Positions 24,001-35,673 of a stretch of DNA of 64,000 nt are shown here, piece by piece; within the stretch, counting starts at the first letter, position 1; every line of letters begins with the position of its first letter. The notes below the pieces were generated by a model. That model saw only the letters and a list, made by a program, of their open reading frames with translations, did not search any database and was not told where the DNA came from. The position numbers and the translations under genes were made by a program. The DNA lies in sequence record MN695334.1, one strand, 5' to 3'.

Positions 24001-24808
24001 CTCTTTATCGATAATGTTTATACGCCAGCAAGTTCAATTCAACCCCCAAGTATGTTTAATCTTTATGTCGCATTAGAGAAACTATTATGACTGATACTGA
24101 TGAAATCTATTATATCGGGAATGTTACACAGCCTCTAGATAAAAATACAATGTCTGATAATGAGTTAATTCTTAAAATTATAGATAATTTGAATTATTTG
24201 GATGCTAGAGAGGAATGGTGTGATTTTGCTGAAGAGGTTTATTCTCTGCTAAATAAGCATCGATCCGAATTGATCAAACAAAATTGTACCGTTGGGACTA
24301 ATCAATGAAAATCTTCGCACTTTATTACAACGAAACCTTTGTTGTTGCTTATCCAACAAGAGAGGACTGCGTTGCCTTTGGTAAGCAACATTACGATGGG
24401 TGGGACTGTACCATCATCGAAAAATTCATTGTTAATAGTATTACTGATACTTTTCCAATAAACAAACCAATTCCATATCCCTGGTCTATTCCACCTCACC
24501 CCCAACCCTATAAGAAATGGCCTCTACCGTGTACATATACTATTCATTGAGAAAGAATATATTATTGTGCCAATTCATTGAGTGGCACAATAGCTTTGGT
24601 GTAGTAACTGATCTGATGATACAATAAAGACACCAACATAAGAGGACAACCCAATGACTACAGCCGATAAAATGGAAAAAAATTATTGTTTGGCTTTACT
24701 TCGTGCTGGTAATGCGGTTCTGATACAACTACAAAAGAATACGGTTGTGTTGCCTTTGTGTGATAAAGGCGCTAAAAAAGTAAATCGTATTAATTCGATT
24801 ATAAAACA

Positions 24809-25165
24809 ATGAAAAGGAAAATTAACGGAAAAAAGTACTATATCGAGCCAAACACTAATCTTCGGGACGTTGATCTTCAAGGTGCAAATCTTGAAGATGC
24901 CATTCTCCAAAATGCTGATCTTCGACGTTCTAATCTTCGGAATGTTAATTTTCGACGTGCTAATCTTCGAGGCGCTATTCTTCGAGGTGTTAATTTTTAT
25001 TGTGCTGATCTTCGACGTGCCGATCTTCGGAATGCTGATCTTCGTGGGGCTGATCTTCGGAATGCTAGTCTCCAAGATGCAAATTTTGAAGGTGCTAATC
25101 TTCGGGGTGCTTTTTGGGATTATGCTAATGTAGTAGGAACTATTCTTCATGTGGAGAGCTATTGA
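24809..25165 (+). CDS. Pentapeptide-repeat protein (stand-alone)
   Basis: Tandem A(D/N)L(R/Q/E)x repeats. Confidence 0.9.
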   Translation: MKRKINGKKYYIEPNTNLRDVDLQGANLEDAILQNADLRRSNLRNVNFRRANLRGAILRGVNFYCADLRRADLRNADLRGADLRNASLQDANFEGANLRGAFWDYANVVGTILHVESY

Positions 25166-25470
25166 AAATGCAAAAACTCAATGAACAGGGAACAGAGATT
25201 GTACTTGAAGCAGAAGAACTAAGAGGTATTATTCAAGGAAAGATTGGCGTTCGTAAGTGCCCTGATTGTCAAGGACATGGGGAGAGTTGGTTTCTTCATT
25301 ATGTTCTTGTGGATGATGTAAATGAGAATGAAGATACGAAAGAGGTAAGTGACCAATTCGCGGCTGATTTCGATTTGAAGAATTATCCAGAGTATTCATA
25401 TGGTGAGTGTTATCTTTATGAATGTGATACGTGTAGTGGTGTAGGTTATCTTACTGTGGAGCAACGGTGA
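25162..25470 (+). CDS. DnaJ-type Zn-finger hypothetical protein
   Basis: Two CxxCxGxG motifs (CPDCQGHG, CDTCSGVG). Confidence 0.55.
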   Translation: MKMQKLNEQGTEIVLEAEELRGIIQGKIGVRKCPDCQGHGESWFLHYVLVDDVNENEDTKEVSDQFAADFDLKNYPEYSYGECYLYECDTCSGVGYLTVEQR

Positions 25471-25532
25471 TGATTGAATATGGAACGATCTATTATTCTT
25501 TCTACCAGAAAGTTTAGTGAATATTAATTATT

Positions 25533-26994
25533 ATGAAAATTATAAATGTAACTAAGTGTATTACTTATTACGTGGAAACCAATTCCGATGAATTCCCAGA
25601 TTATCGGACAGATGAAAACGGAGAAAATTGGGAGAATGCCATGGGTGAAAGTTGGGAGACTGTGTATTTCTACGGAAACAAAAATCACAACCAACTTCCC
25701 GAATTATTCCAACAATATTTGAAAACAATAAAGCCAGCTGAGAGTGATATTTTATGTAAATTTGAAGAATGGTTCAACGATTGGTATGGTAGATTCTCAC
25801 TTAGATCTGAATGGTTCTATGGTGATTGTAAGGTAGAAGATATAAAAGAAAGAGAGGATCTTATGGATCAATGGATGCTCTCTGCATTTATGGCTGGATA
25901 TAATGCAAATAAACAAAATGAAAAAATGTAATCATTATGATTGCGGTTGGTGTTACGCACATAAACACGTAAACACAAGTGCAACAAATGGTGCATGTAA
26001 ATCCCCAGAAACATGTGACTATTATAAAAAAATGAATGACGTAAAAAATAATGATATCATCGAAATCAACGGTGTAAAGTATAAGCGTATACAGGAAGAA
26101 CTACCCCAAACACTATATGAGAAATTCTGGGAAAGATATCTCAAATACGAGTCAATGAATACGGAAGAAACCACAAGTCAATTTATTGATGGTCTAGTAT
26201 CCGATGTTGAAGAATGGTTACCTAAAGAAAGATGGAGTGAGTGTATGGATGCATTTGATAGGGGATATAATAGAGCCCTTCATGACATGAAAACGACGAT
26301 GTAAATGATCAAAAATGGAAATTAAAATCAAACAGGATAGTTCAGGAACCGGAAGTATCACATGGGAATTGCATACAGGACCAGAAGAAATAGATGAATA
26401 TACTGGTATAGAAGATACTTTAGATGAATGTTTCAAAAAAATTAAGCAAAGCCTTCTTCTTAATTGTTTGGATTATGCGAATGTGGATGATTTATTGGAA
26501 AATATAACCAAAAAGCATTTTTCTGGTGTGAGTACATTAAAAGCAAGAAACTCAGATGATTTAGATTTTCATGATGTTTCAGTCTGGAGTATTAGGAGTG
26601 CATTATATGCTGCATTACGTGAAGGTGTCAAATGGAACTTATAGTGAGAAGTGCCCTAACGCCTCTCTGGGGCTGTCCTAGAGGCTCCTGTGGGCCCTTA
26701 TCGCGCCATTTACCACGCCATAATGGCACGATAGCCAATTGTGCCAGAAATGGAACTGTCCACCATCGTGGTGATAAGCGTCAAAAATTGATATAGTTAG
26801 ATCGAACCAAAACCCGGTTACCGTAAATCATGAAAAACCAAAAAACTTTCTATTCTCGCGCAATGATTGAAGATGCAGCCGAATTTCTTTGGGTGAATTG
26901 CGGTATTGCGGTAGATTCGTCTGAATATAGGTGGGATGATGATAAAACTATTGAAGAAGCAGTCAAGAAAGGCTGGAAATTCCACTTCTATTGA
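25533..26994 (+). other. Cluster of hypothetical ORFs
   Basis: 25533-25931, 25903-26304, 26315-26644 and an untracked 54-aa ORF 26830-26994 behind the promoter at 26742. Confidence 0.55.
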
Positions 26995-27043
26995 ACACAC
27001 ACAACAATCGCCATATACTATCTTTGTTCCCACTGAACCTCCA

Positions 27044-27859
27044 ATGAAAAAAACAATTAACGGAATAGAATACGATATCAACCCGAACGCAAATCTGCAG
27101 AACGCAAATCTTGCGGACGCAGATCTTCGGCTCGTAAATCTTCAGAACGCAAATCTTGATGGCGCAAATCTTGAGAGGGCTCGTCTCATGTATGCAAATC
27201 TTGTTGGCGCAAATCTTGAGAGGGCCCGTCTCATGTATGCAAATCTTGGTGGCGCAAATCTTGAGGGTGCATATCTTGAGGGTGCAAATCTTGATGGCGC
27301 AGATCTTTCGCGGGCAAATCTTCAGGGTGCAAGTCTTGAACGAGCCCGTCTCATGTATGCAAATCTTGTGGACGCAAATCTTGAGGGTGCATATCTTGAG
27401 GGTGCAAATCTTGAGGGTGCAAATCTTCGGAACGCAAATCTTGCGGCCGCAGATCTTCGGTTCGCATGTCTTCGGAACGCAAATCTTCGGAGTGCAAATC
27501 TTGAGGGTACAAATCTTGAGGACGCAAATCTTCAGGATGCTGCGCTACCTAATTTTCAAATTGTCCCAACTGAAGGTGCATTTATTGCATACAAAAAAGT
27601 TGATAGCGATGGTATAATTAAGATTGAGATTCCTGAAGATGCCCAACGGACCTCTTCTTTAATTGGTAGAAAATGTAGAGCATCACATGTTAAAGTCCTT
27701 GAAGATAGTGGACATTCACCAACTCATAAGCACAAATCAATTTACTACCTCAAAGGTGAGACCGTTTATGCTGATTCCTTCGATGCGGACATTCGGATTG
27801 AATGTACCAACGGCATTCATTTCTTCATGACAGAAAAAGAAGCACAAGAATGGCGTTGA
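27044..27859 (+). CDS. Pentapeptide-repeat protein with C-terminal DUF5758-like domain
   Basis: ANLxx repeats then AFIAYKK...IEIPEDA...RKCRAS...ECTNGIHFF; likely start ATG 27044 behind TATACT 27014-27019. Confidence 0.85.
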   Translation: MKKTINGIEYDINPNANLQNANLADADLRLVNLQNANLDGANLERARLMYANLVGANLERARLMYANLGGANLEGAYLEGANLDGADLSRANLQGASLERARLMYANLVDANLEGAYLEGANLEGANLRNANLAAADLRFACLRNANLRSANLEGTNLEDANLQDAALPNFQIVPTEGAFIAYKKVDSDGIIKIEIPEDAQRTSSLIGRKCRASHVKVLEDSGHSPTHKHKSIYYLKGETVYADSFDADIRIECTNGIHFFMTEKEAQEWR

Positions 27860-28077
27860 TTGAGTAAATTATGTATATTTCTCTTTCCATTTATTACCCC
27901 CTCATGAACTATGTCTGACAAAGAACTGACCATCTTTATTTCAATTGCCGCGAGTACAATAGTGATCTTGTTTGGAGCCACTAGCTATCTTAATCATCAA
28001 TCTTATAGGCAATGTCTAGAGATCACCAACGATATTGAATGTGTTCGCGTTATTAATCCCAACATAAACAATTCAAA

Positions 28078-29727
28078 ATGACCAAACAATATTACTATAC
28101 GGACAAGGGTTCATATTCATCCTCTTGGCACGATGAAGGTGCAGGGCCATTACCAACAATTCACCCAGGATCCAAAGTTGGTGGTTTTTCATTATTTTGG
28201 AGAGATAATGACTTATCCAATACCGATAAAACCGAACCTAAAGGTTTATATAGAAAGTATAACGTACTTCGCAAACATGATGCCAACCCTGTTCAATACC
28301 CATGCTTTGTGTTGAGAGTGGATGGGCAGGATAAGGCGGCAATTAAGGCACTCATCACCTATGCAAATAACTGTGATGAACCTCTTGCCACAGAACTTAG
28401 GGCCTACGTTACTTCAATTCTAGCACTGACGAATACCTGAATAACTACACCAGACATCCTTTAGGTGGGACAGTTTTTGAACTGTCCCATGACACTCCGG
28501 CTATGGGTTGAAATCGTTTATTATGATTTCAATGCAAAGGACCCCCAATGAATCCCGACATCAAAGACGCTGCCAATTTTGGCTTTTACTTCTTGCGAGA
28601 CGAATCAGCCAAGGATGAAAAATCTGCCTATGGTGCCTTCTACCGATCTTGTAGGAACCGCCTGCTCTCCCCTGGAATCGCTTCCAGTGCCTTTGTGGTG
28701 CGGTACTCTGGCCTCAGAGGTCGATATAATGATGTTAGCTACATTGATACCCAATATGTATATGCTAGCATCTATGATGCGATGCGACAAATTAAATCTT
28801 TCTTTCAGGAAGAGTATGAAGGTGAGATTGAACTTCTACTCTACACGGACGAATCTGGCATGAAAACTCTTCGCAAGTGGGAGTACAATATCGAAGGTTA
28901 TCGTGATTCTGATGGAAGTTGTGTAATTGAATCTTCTGGTTGGGATCGAGCCTGGTAATCACATAAACATAACAAACTACATTCTATACAAAATCATGGC
29001 TACTTGGCAAGCAATCGTTAAAGTTGGTGATTCTGGTTCTCCTTTCAAGGTTGAAGTTGTTGCGGGAAGTTATAATACCGCAAAAGAAACTATTGAAACT
29101 ATCTACAATCCGGTTTATATTCGAAATCTTCTTCAAGTTTCGACAAACGATGAATATAGTTCGGTAAAAACTAGGCGACCAAGATCAATCAATGGAAAAT
29201 ACCTGTTTGTTGGTTTTGTGTTTGCACTTTATGTGGCGACAACCTATTGGTACATTGTTGTACCTGCAGCCTTTATTCTTGCAATTTTATGGGTTTGGAC
29301 TAGAAATTCTTAATAAATAACGACAAACTTCTTCTTTTCTCTGATGTCATTCACCTTTTATTCTAATATCTTTGATCGTGATTTTACCGCTGAAGATATC
29401 GACAATCTTGGATTGGAACCACTCTATCTTCTTATGGATGAGATTGATGCCTGCAAAAAAGTTAATGATCGACAATGGCGGCGAGTTCCAAAGAGATTTT
29501 ATACTGACGAAGAAGATCTTGGCGACCTAATTCAAGAAACTAAAAGAATTGATACCTTATATCTTACTGCCAGGCGAAGAGCGCATTTGTTGAATCGAGC
29601 AACAGTAACTCACTTGATCACAGGCATCAAGGCATGGAAAAAACGTGCCTATATTTTAGGTAAACAATTGGGAATGACGCAAGAACAAGTCAAGGCCATT
29701 ACTCATGAGACTTCTGAGCCCACATAG
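28078..29727 (+). other. Four hypothetical ORFs
   Basis: 28078-28440, 28548-28958, 28996-29313 (C-terminal TM), 29344-29727. Confidence 0.6.
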
Positions 29728-29738
29728 GGCTCTTTTTT
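29716..29738 (+). terminator. Rho-independent terminator
   Basis: GAGCCC-ACATA-GGGCTC-TTTTTT. Confidence 0.75.
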
Positions 29739-29772
29739 ATTCAGAACTTTTAATTAAAAAAGCAGTAACAAA

Positions 29773-29839
29773 TATAAATAGTAAAAAACAAAATATCTTT
29801 AACAGTTCTTCAGTCATTATTAAATTTTAAGTATAAATA
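29773..29839 (+). promoter_or_regulatory. Two T4-type late promoters (TATAAATA)
   Basis: Exact TATAAATA at 29773-29780 and 29832-29839 upstream of ATG 29859. Confidence 0.7.
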
Positions 29840-29858
29840 TTTAGAAATACTACAAAAC

Positions 29859-30110
29859 ATGTACGACGAAATAATTGCACAAGAGGTTCTAAATCTACTA
29901 ATGGAATCTGGAGCTTATCGATCTGAAGAGATTGCGATTGAAGTTTTAGAGAATGCCCCAGAAGAATGGATGAAAAATCTCAAAGAGGAAGCTAGTTACA
30001 TTGCGATTGTGAATCTTCAAGAATCTATGAAAGAAGCTCTAGAGAATAGAGACTTTGATTTAGCAAGAGAAATTAAAGAGAAATTAAAGGGAATTATACA
30101 GAGCGAGTGA
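29859..30110 (+). CDS. Late acidic helical protein; shares a domain with 48247-48705
   Basis: EVLNLLMESGAYRSEEIAIEVLENAPEEWM vs AIVEYLIAEEFATSESSAILIMQHMSDEWL. Confidence 0.6.
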   Translation: MYDEIIAQEVLNLLMESGAYRSEEIAIEVLENAPEEWMKNLKEEASYIAIVNLQESMKEALENRDFDLAREIKEKLKGIIQSE

Positions 30111-30430
30111 CCAGTTCAGCATCTGGCACATAAGTAATCAAAAACTCCAAAAAAGCTGATACCTTAGATAGGTACTAACGAATTCTTCAGGGGATTCCGT
30201 TTCACTTAGTACATGGATCTTTCTTTATTGTGGAAGGTAAAGTAAGAGATTAAAAAACTGAATACTTTTGATTTTATAACTCAAGAGACCGCAAATCTCT
30301 TTCTCTAAATGTACACTTATAAGATTGAATCTACCTAGCAGGCCGAGTTCAATCTTGATGAAATAAGTGAACAATTTAGAACCCTATAAAAAACTAAACA
30401 ATTGAGTTGAAGCAGTTGTTTAGTTTTATT

Positions 30431-30514
30431 CCCCTTGTGTTGGAATTGGTAGACAAGGCGCACTCAAAATGCGCTGATCGCAAGATCGTACAAGTTCAAA
30501 TCTTGTCTGGGGGA
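30431..30514 (+). tRNA. trnL: tRNA-Leu(CAA), no encoded CCA
   Basis: D-arm TTGGAATTGGTAGACAA, anticodon arm GCGCA-CTCAAAA-TGCGC, long variable arm, T-arm ACAAG-TTCAAAT-CTTGT, discriminator A. Confidence 0.93.
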
Positions 30515-30597
30515 TTAGACACTTACTAAACTGGCACAAAAGCACTCATTTAATTGAGTGTAGAGGACTATGATATGAGAGTATCAACATTGTAATC

Positions 30598-31023
30598 TTG
30601 GCAACTAAATCACCACTCAAAAAGCAATTTCTTGATTCGGCAATTGCAGTTGCAATGGCATCAAATGCCCCCAAAAAAATGGGTGCAATTTTACTAAGGA
30701 GAAATAGAATTGTTTCTTCTGCTGTAAATAATTACAATCGCACTCACCCAATTCAATATTGGGCGGCTCAAAATGCGGCAATGATTTTTAATGAGCCACA
30801 ACTAGAGAAAAAAGTGTACCTTCATTCTGAAATTTCTGCTTTAATTAAAGCAAAAGAAGATGCAGATACGATTATTGTGTGTCGAGTAGGTGGTCATGGT
30901 GGAAAAGAATTGAGAAATTCCCGACCATGTTCTATCTGTTCTACTTACATTCGTAGTTGCAGTGATGTGGTTCATGTTCACTATTCTACACCAAATGGTT
31001 TTCTTTATGAGTACTGGGGTTGA
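30598..31023 (+). CDS. Zn-dependent cytidine/dCMP-deaminase-fold protein
   Basis: MGAILL...HSE...SRPCSIC (HxE and PCxxC); TTG start. Confidence 0.82.
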   Translation: MATKSPLKKQFLDSAIAVAMASNAPKKMGAILLRRNRIVSSAVNNYNRTHPIQYWAAQNAAMIFNEPQLEKKVYLHSEISALIKAKEDADTIIVCRVGGHGGKELRNSRPCSICSTYIRSCSDVVHVHYSTPNGFLYEYWG

Positions 31024-31249
31024 TTATGCGTATCAGTGAAGAACAGTTCTATTTACTTTGGCAACGATTTGCCGAATCCAATATCATCACAGAATTACCT
31101 GATGATGTGGAGAAGTTCTGTGATGAAAATGAAATCACAGTTTCATACTTTATTGAAGAGTTTATGTGACACTTCGAGAACTGACACAACCTCAGCCGCT
31201 GAGGGCCGCCCAGGCCCTACAATACATAAGTCGTCAAAGGAACTACCCA

Positions 31250-31878
31250 ATGAACAAAAACACTCTTATTCGCACTCTGATTAAAAATTCCGGTTCCACC
31301 ATCATTTCTATTGAATTTGTGAAAAAAGATGGTAACACCCGTAAAGTACAATTCAATCCCCTAGATCGTCAAGAACTCAAGGGTTTTTCTAGCACCACAC
31401 ATTCGAATGAAAATATCATTCGTATTCGTGACTTTTCAATTGCCAAGAAAAATGGTACTGGTGCATGGCGCTCATTCGATTGTAGCCGAGTGGTGAGTAT
31501 TACTACAAATGGCCAAAAGATCACTTTTTGATCAATCGCGCAATGGCGTAAAAGTTCTAGTTTATAAATCAGATAACGGATCTGTTGTTGATTATGATTG
31601 CCTTTGCTTTGGTAATCCCAATAGAGTCCATTCTAATCTAAAATGTCCTCTTCGCCTAACTCACCTTAAAAACAATGACTTGGCTTCCGATTGAAACTCA
31701 CCCCAAAGATCGTGAAATGTTTGCCGTGATCGCAAAAGATGTGGTCTTCACTGAAAATGGAGTTCCGTATACATCTGACCCCTACTATGTCTTTTGGCGC
31801 GAAAGTGAGGGTTTCGTTCGCTGGCCACACGAAAAACCCCCTACTCATTGGCATCCGATGCCGGAATTTGAATCATGA
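31250..31878 (+). other. Small hypothetical ORFs, including a conserved T4-like EFVKKDG protein and a DUF551-like protein
   Basis: 31250-31531 (SIEFVKKDGNTRK...WRSF), 31509-31694, 31675-31878 (WLPIETHPKD...PTHWHPMP). Confidence 0.6.
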
Positions 31879-32003
31879 TTTTCCGATCCGAAAAGCTGCA
31901 TCGTGAGGGGCCTGCTGTTTATCTTATTGTTTCTTACAATTTTCTGGGATTTATTCCTTTCTATATCAATAAAAAATTGATTCGTTAACAAATTAATTAA
32001 CTA

Positions 32004-32585
32004 ATGGCTCGCCCTAAGTGCTTCACATATAAACTCACCGAAGAGATTCCAGTGAGTTCACTTCAAACGAAATTCGCCAATCATCGTAGACTTGGTGTGT
32101 TCGCGCAGAAAGGTTGCGTATGCGTTTCATGTGGAAGAGTTGGTACTAGACTAATTAAAGGCATTGACAGTAAGGGTGGTGTCCATTGGGATTTGTACAC
32201 GGATGATCTTTTTCCAATCACTGTAGATCATATTGTGCCTAGATCGTTGGGCGGTCTAGATGATATGTCAAACTATCAACCAATGTGCTCTCCATGTAAC
32301 GGTAAGAAAGGTAATGGATTGCCTGGAAACTCAAGTCAACGAAAAAAATATGATTTAAAGGACTATACTAAACTAATCAATGTGGACATGCGATCTGTGG
32401 TGGGTAAAACTATCTGGAAGATCGTAGGTAAGCATTATCCTCGACACCTTGGAGTTGTGAATGCTATCTCCACTAATCCGCATACCGGCAATTATGCTGC
32501 CGCTATCATTAAAGGGGATAAAATTTCTTATTATGATTTCTGTAAATCTCTGTATCTAAAATTAGCCCAGGAGGCACACTCATGA
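32004..32585 (+). CDS. HNH endonuclease
   Basis: CVSCG...TVDHIVPRSLGGLDDMSNYQPMCSPCNGKKG. Confidence 0.88.
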   Translation: MARPKCFTYKLTEEIPVSSLQTKFANHRRLGVFAQKGCVCVSCGRVGTRLIKGIDSKGGVHWDLYTDDLFPITVDHIVPRSLGGLDDMSNYQPMCSPCNGKKGNGLPGNSSQRKKYDLKDYTKLINVDMRSVVGKTIWKIVGKHYPRHLGVVNAISTNPHTGNYAAAIIKGDKISYYDFCKSLYLKLAQEAHS

Positions 32586-34439
32586 TTACACTCAAACCAC
32601 ACTACAGCGGAAAGTTTGAGGCTTTTCGTTGTGCAGACGGCACACAATATGCTCGTCTTGAATTCCCTAGTGGATCTTATGTCTGGTTCAGATTTGATTA
32701 CACTACCGAGACATATCAGAGTTTTGATAATGAACTATTTGAGCCAAGTGGAGTTAAGACGCTATTACAAAAATGTCTCGAAAAATCTTATCGAGATTCT
32801 AAAACGGAGGTTTAATATGATTATTAATGATGTAATTGATGTTATGGCCATCGTAGCCATTATGATTGGCCTTATGGTTTTTACCGTCCAGATCGCTAAG
32901 ATCAAGGGCACCCGATAAATTGTATTAAAATCAAATGAAAACGACTATCAACATTCAATTGACACATGAAGAGGCACGTGCGCTTGCCGAATTTCTCCCG
33001 TACAACGATTTTTGGAATGAAGAACCCAACAAAACGATGGGTAAACTGAAAGAACAACTTTGCGAAATTCTTGGCGTCAAAGCACACGATATGTAATAAT
33101 TATGAAAGAATATGAACGTCACATCATACGAACTAAAGGTGCAGCCTGGTGTGGGGCTAGATTATCAAGTTTTGATTGGTATTTCCAGTCTATTGATCAT
33201 GCTGTTTTAGAAATGGAATCAGGAAGTCTTTTGCCATGTAAAAAATGTTTAACGACGGCTAGTCTTGAAGTAAACGAAAAACTATCCCAACTATAAAATG
33301 AAAGCATATAAATTTGAAATTATCTGTTTTGATCCAAACGGGGATTGTGATTATGATTCTATGTTCTATGAATTGAAAAACCAGAAATACTTTTGTGTCC
33401 AAATTATTTCCACACAATCCACTGAAATTGGAGAGTGGGAAGATGATCATCCTCTAAATAGGCACTCAACCTCAGAAGAATTTATTAGATCTGCTGATTG
33501 GGTGAAGGAGGAATTATGAGTGATAAAGTTACAGTTGCAGTCACATTGGAGCATAAAAAAGAATTAGAACGAGCCGCCGCCTTACTAAATTGTGAAGATT
33601 GGTTCGAAGTACTTGGAATCGCTGGAGAACTAATTATAAAATACGCAGAGCAATATATCAAAGGTAAGGAGGCCATCATGTTTTGTAAACCAGAACTTGG
33701 GAAACTCTACAGTGAAAACGAAGAGTTTTTTAATGCCCTGTGTGAAGAGGGCGTCGTTGAATGTTTAACGCCGTTTGTATTAATCAAGTCAAGCCAGGTA
33801 CAGCCATGACCCCAACCACTCTCTTAACTCTCATTACCATGAAAAACAAACTGTACGTGTTTTTAAACAAACATAGAGCGATTATCTTAGTCCTAATGAT
33901 TACGTCTTGGTTATTTACTATTTTTCAACTTAGCAATAGTTCGCTATCTGGGGTAGGACTAATTTTTATGACTGTACTTGCGGGTTTAGCTATTTTCCTA
34001 ATGATTGAAGACACGAACAGGAAACATGAAAAAGCCACACAGTTCCTTATGGATCAACGCAATAGCTCGTCTCCACATTGGGACGGTTGTGTGCGATACG
34101 CCAAAGACATTGAACCTCGATTGATGTTACTCCGAGATCGGATAGAAAAAGACCGACATGAAGTAAATCGTCTTGAGCAGACAAAAAATGACTGATATTC
34201 TTCTATTAGAAGGCCCAGATGGAAATAGATATAAAGCGACACAATGTCCTGGTGATATATGGTACGTTGAGGATTTCTTAAACATGAGGTCTTCTGATTG
34301 GGCACTAAGTCAACGTTCTGCTCTCTGGTGGAGTGGTGCAACATATACTACTGAAAAATTAAAAGAAACGTTTTCTATTTTGGCAGCAGGTAAAACTGAT
34401 AAAAATACTATCGGGGAATCTATTCACAATGCTTATTAA
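32582..34439 (+). other. Cluster of small hypothetical ORFs
   Basis: Packed + strand ORFs; 33761-34195 has two TM segments. Confidence 0.55.
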
Positions 34440-34704
34440 AGGAACTTATCAAAAACTACTTCTTGTGGAATCAATATCAAGTTTTAACTCAGAAATCAAT
34501 TGAAGAACCACTCAAATAGTCCAGTTCGATAACTGTCACATAAACTGGACCACACAACCTTCTCATGCACCATAATAAGATCACACCCAACCAAAGCAAA
34601 CATGAAAATCTGGCAAACCTATCGTAATGTTGATGGAGTGACACTAGGACTGGATATTGATTGATACTGTTTTTAAAACTATTCTTTACTACACCAATTA
34701 AAAA

Positions 34705-35283
34705 ATGATTACTACAACTCATCTTACCGAATATTACAACAATATCCTCAAACGGGTTCAAGGTTCGGAGAAGGCTCCATATCCTTTCACAAAAGATCTT
34801 CCACTCAGTCAATTTGAATGGAAAAATCTAGTGGAGGTGTGTTCAATTATTAAAGCCAACTCTAATAGGTTCAATATGGCTACGTGGCACGATAAAAAAG
34901 AGTCATGTGGTACTGTACATTGTATCGCGGGTTGGGCCGCATCACTTATGGTAGCAGATACAAATACAAATACATTCAGTTATAATGTAGAAGAAATTCC
35001 AGAACAACATTATGAGTCTATTATGAATACAAACATGTCATATGCTCCAGGTATCTTTGCCGTTTCAACAATTGCAAGTTACATGCTTTCGAATTATCTA
35101 TATCCATTCTTCTTTCTGACCACTGCCCATCTTGGTCTTCCTTTAGATTATGATATCGAGACTGTCATTATGGAAGAACTAATTGAACCCATTCTTGAAA
35201 TTGCAAGTCAAGAATGCCTGACTCTCTCACAAGAAGTCACACAATTTATTGAGAAAGCAAAACAAGAAACCTGTTTGGCGTAA
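34705..35283 (+). CDS. CGTxHCxAGW family protein, copy 2
   Basis: WKNLVEVC...FNMATWH...CGTVHCIAGWA...LSNYLYPFF. Confidence 0.85.
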   Translation: MITTTHLTEYYNNILKRVQGSEKAPYPFTKDLPLSQFEWKNLVEVCSIIKANSNRFNMATWHDKKESCGTVHCIAGWAASLMVADTNTNTFSYNVEEIPEQHYESIMNTNMSYAPGIFAVSTIASYMLSNYLYPFFFLTTAHLGLPLDYDIETVIMEELIEPILEIASQECLTLSQEVTQFIEKAKQETCLA

Positions 35284-35673
35284 CGGCCCAAAAACTGACA
35301 CACTGTAACCTCTGTTAGTCTCACTTATGAAGAAAAAAGAATCACCTAAATCCTACTGAATTACAATATGACAGCACAATTATTTGAATATAAGAACACC
35401 TGGAGTACTCCACGACTAGGCTTCTTCACTGAATTTCTCTATCCAGATATTGGGCACTATGTAAGTGCTCATTCTCTTGTCTCTGGTCTATCCCTAGATG
35501 AATTTAGTGAAGAGAAAACATTTCTTCGCTCTTTGGGTTCATTTAAAGTTACAGGTGAATATTCTGATGTTCGACTATTCGCCCAATCTCTAGAAAAAGA
35601 TTACAAGGACTACATCAGTTTCTTTTGTGACTGGGATCAAACTGACTCTATTTTCAACTAATTATTATTATTC

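Larger units (their letters stand above)
13812..24550 (+). other. Dense array of ~40 small hypothetical early ORFs
   Basis: Tightly packed + strand ORFs with ATGA/TAATG overlaps; conserved phage hypotheticals at 13812-14165 (YGGFGLS...RHHPLLVQVV), 18269-18646, 21587-22138; paralog pairs 16520-16825/23627-23935 and 19156-19476/23265-23630. Confidence 0.7.

Noticed and set aside
28468-28487. Box as NtcA, CRP or LexA site
   Set aside because: Does not fit GTA-N8-TAC or TGTGA-N6-TCACA; CTG-N10-CAG polarity is reversed
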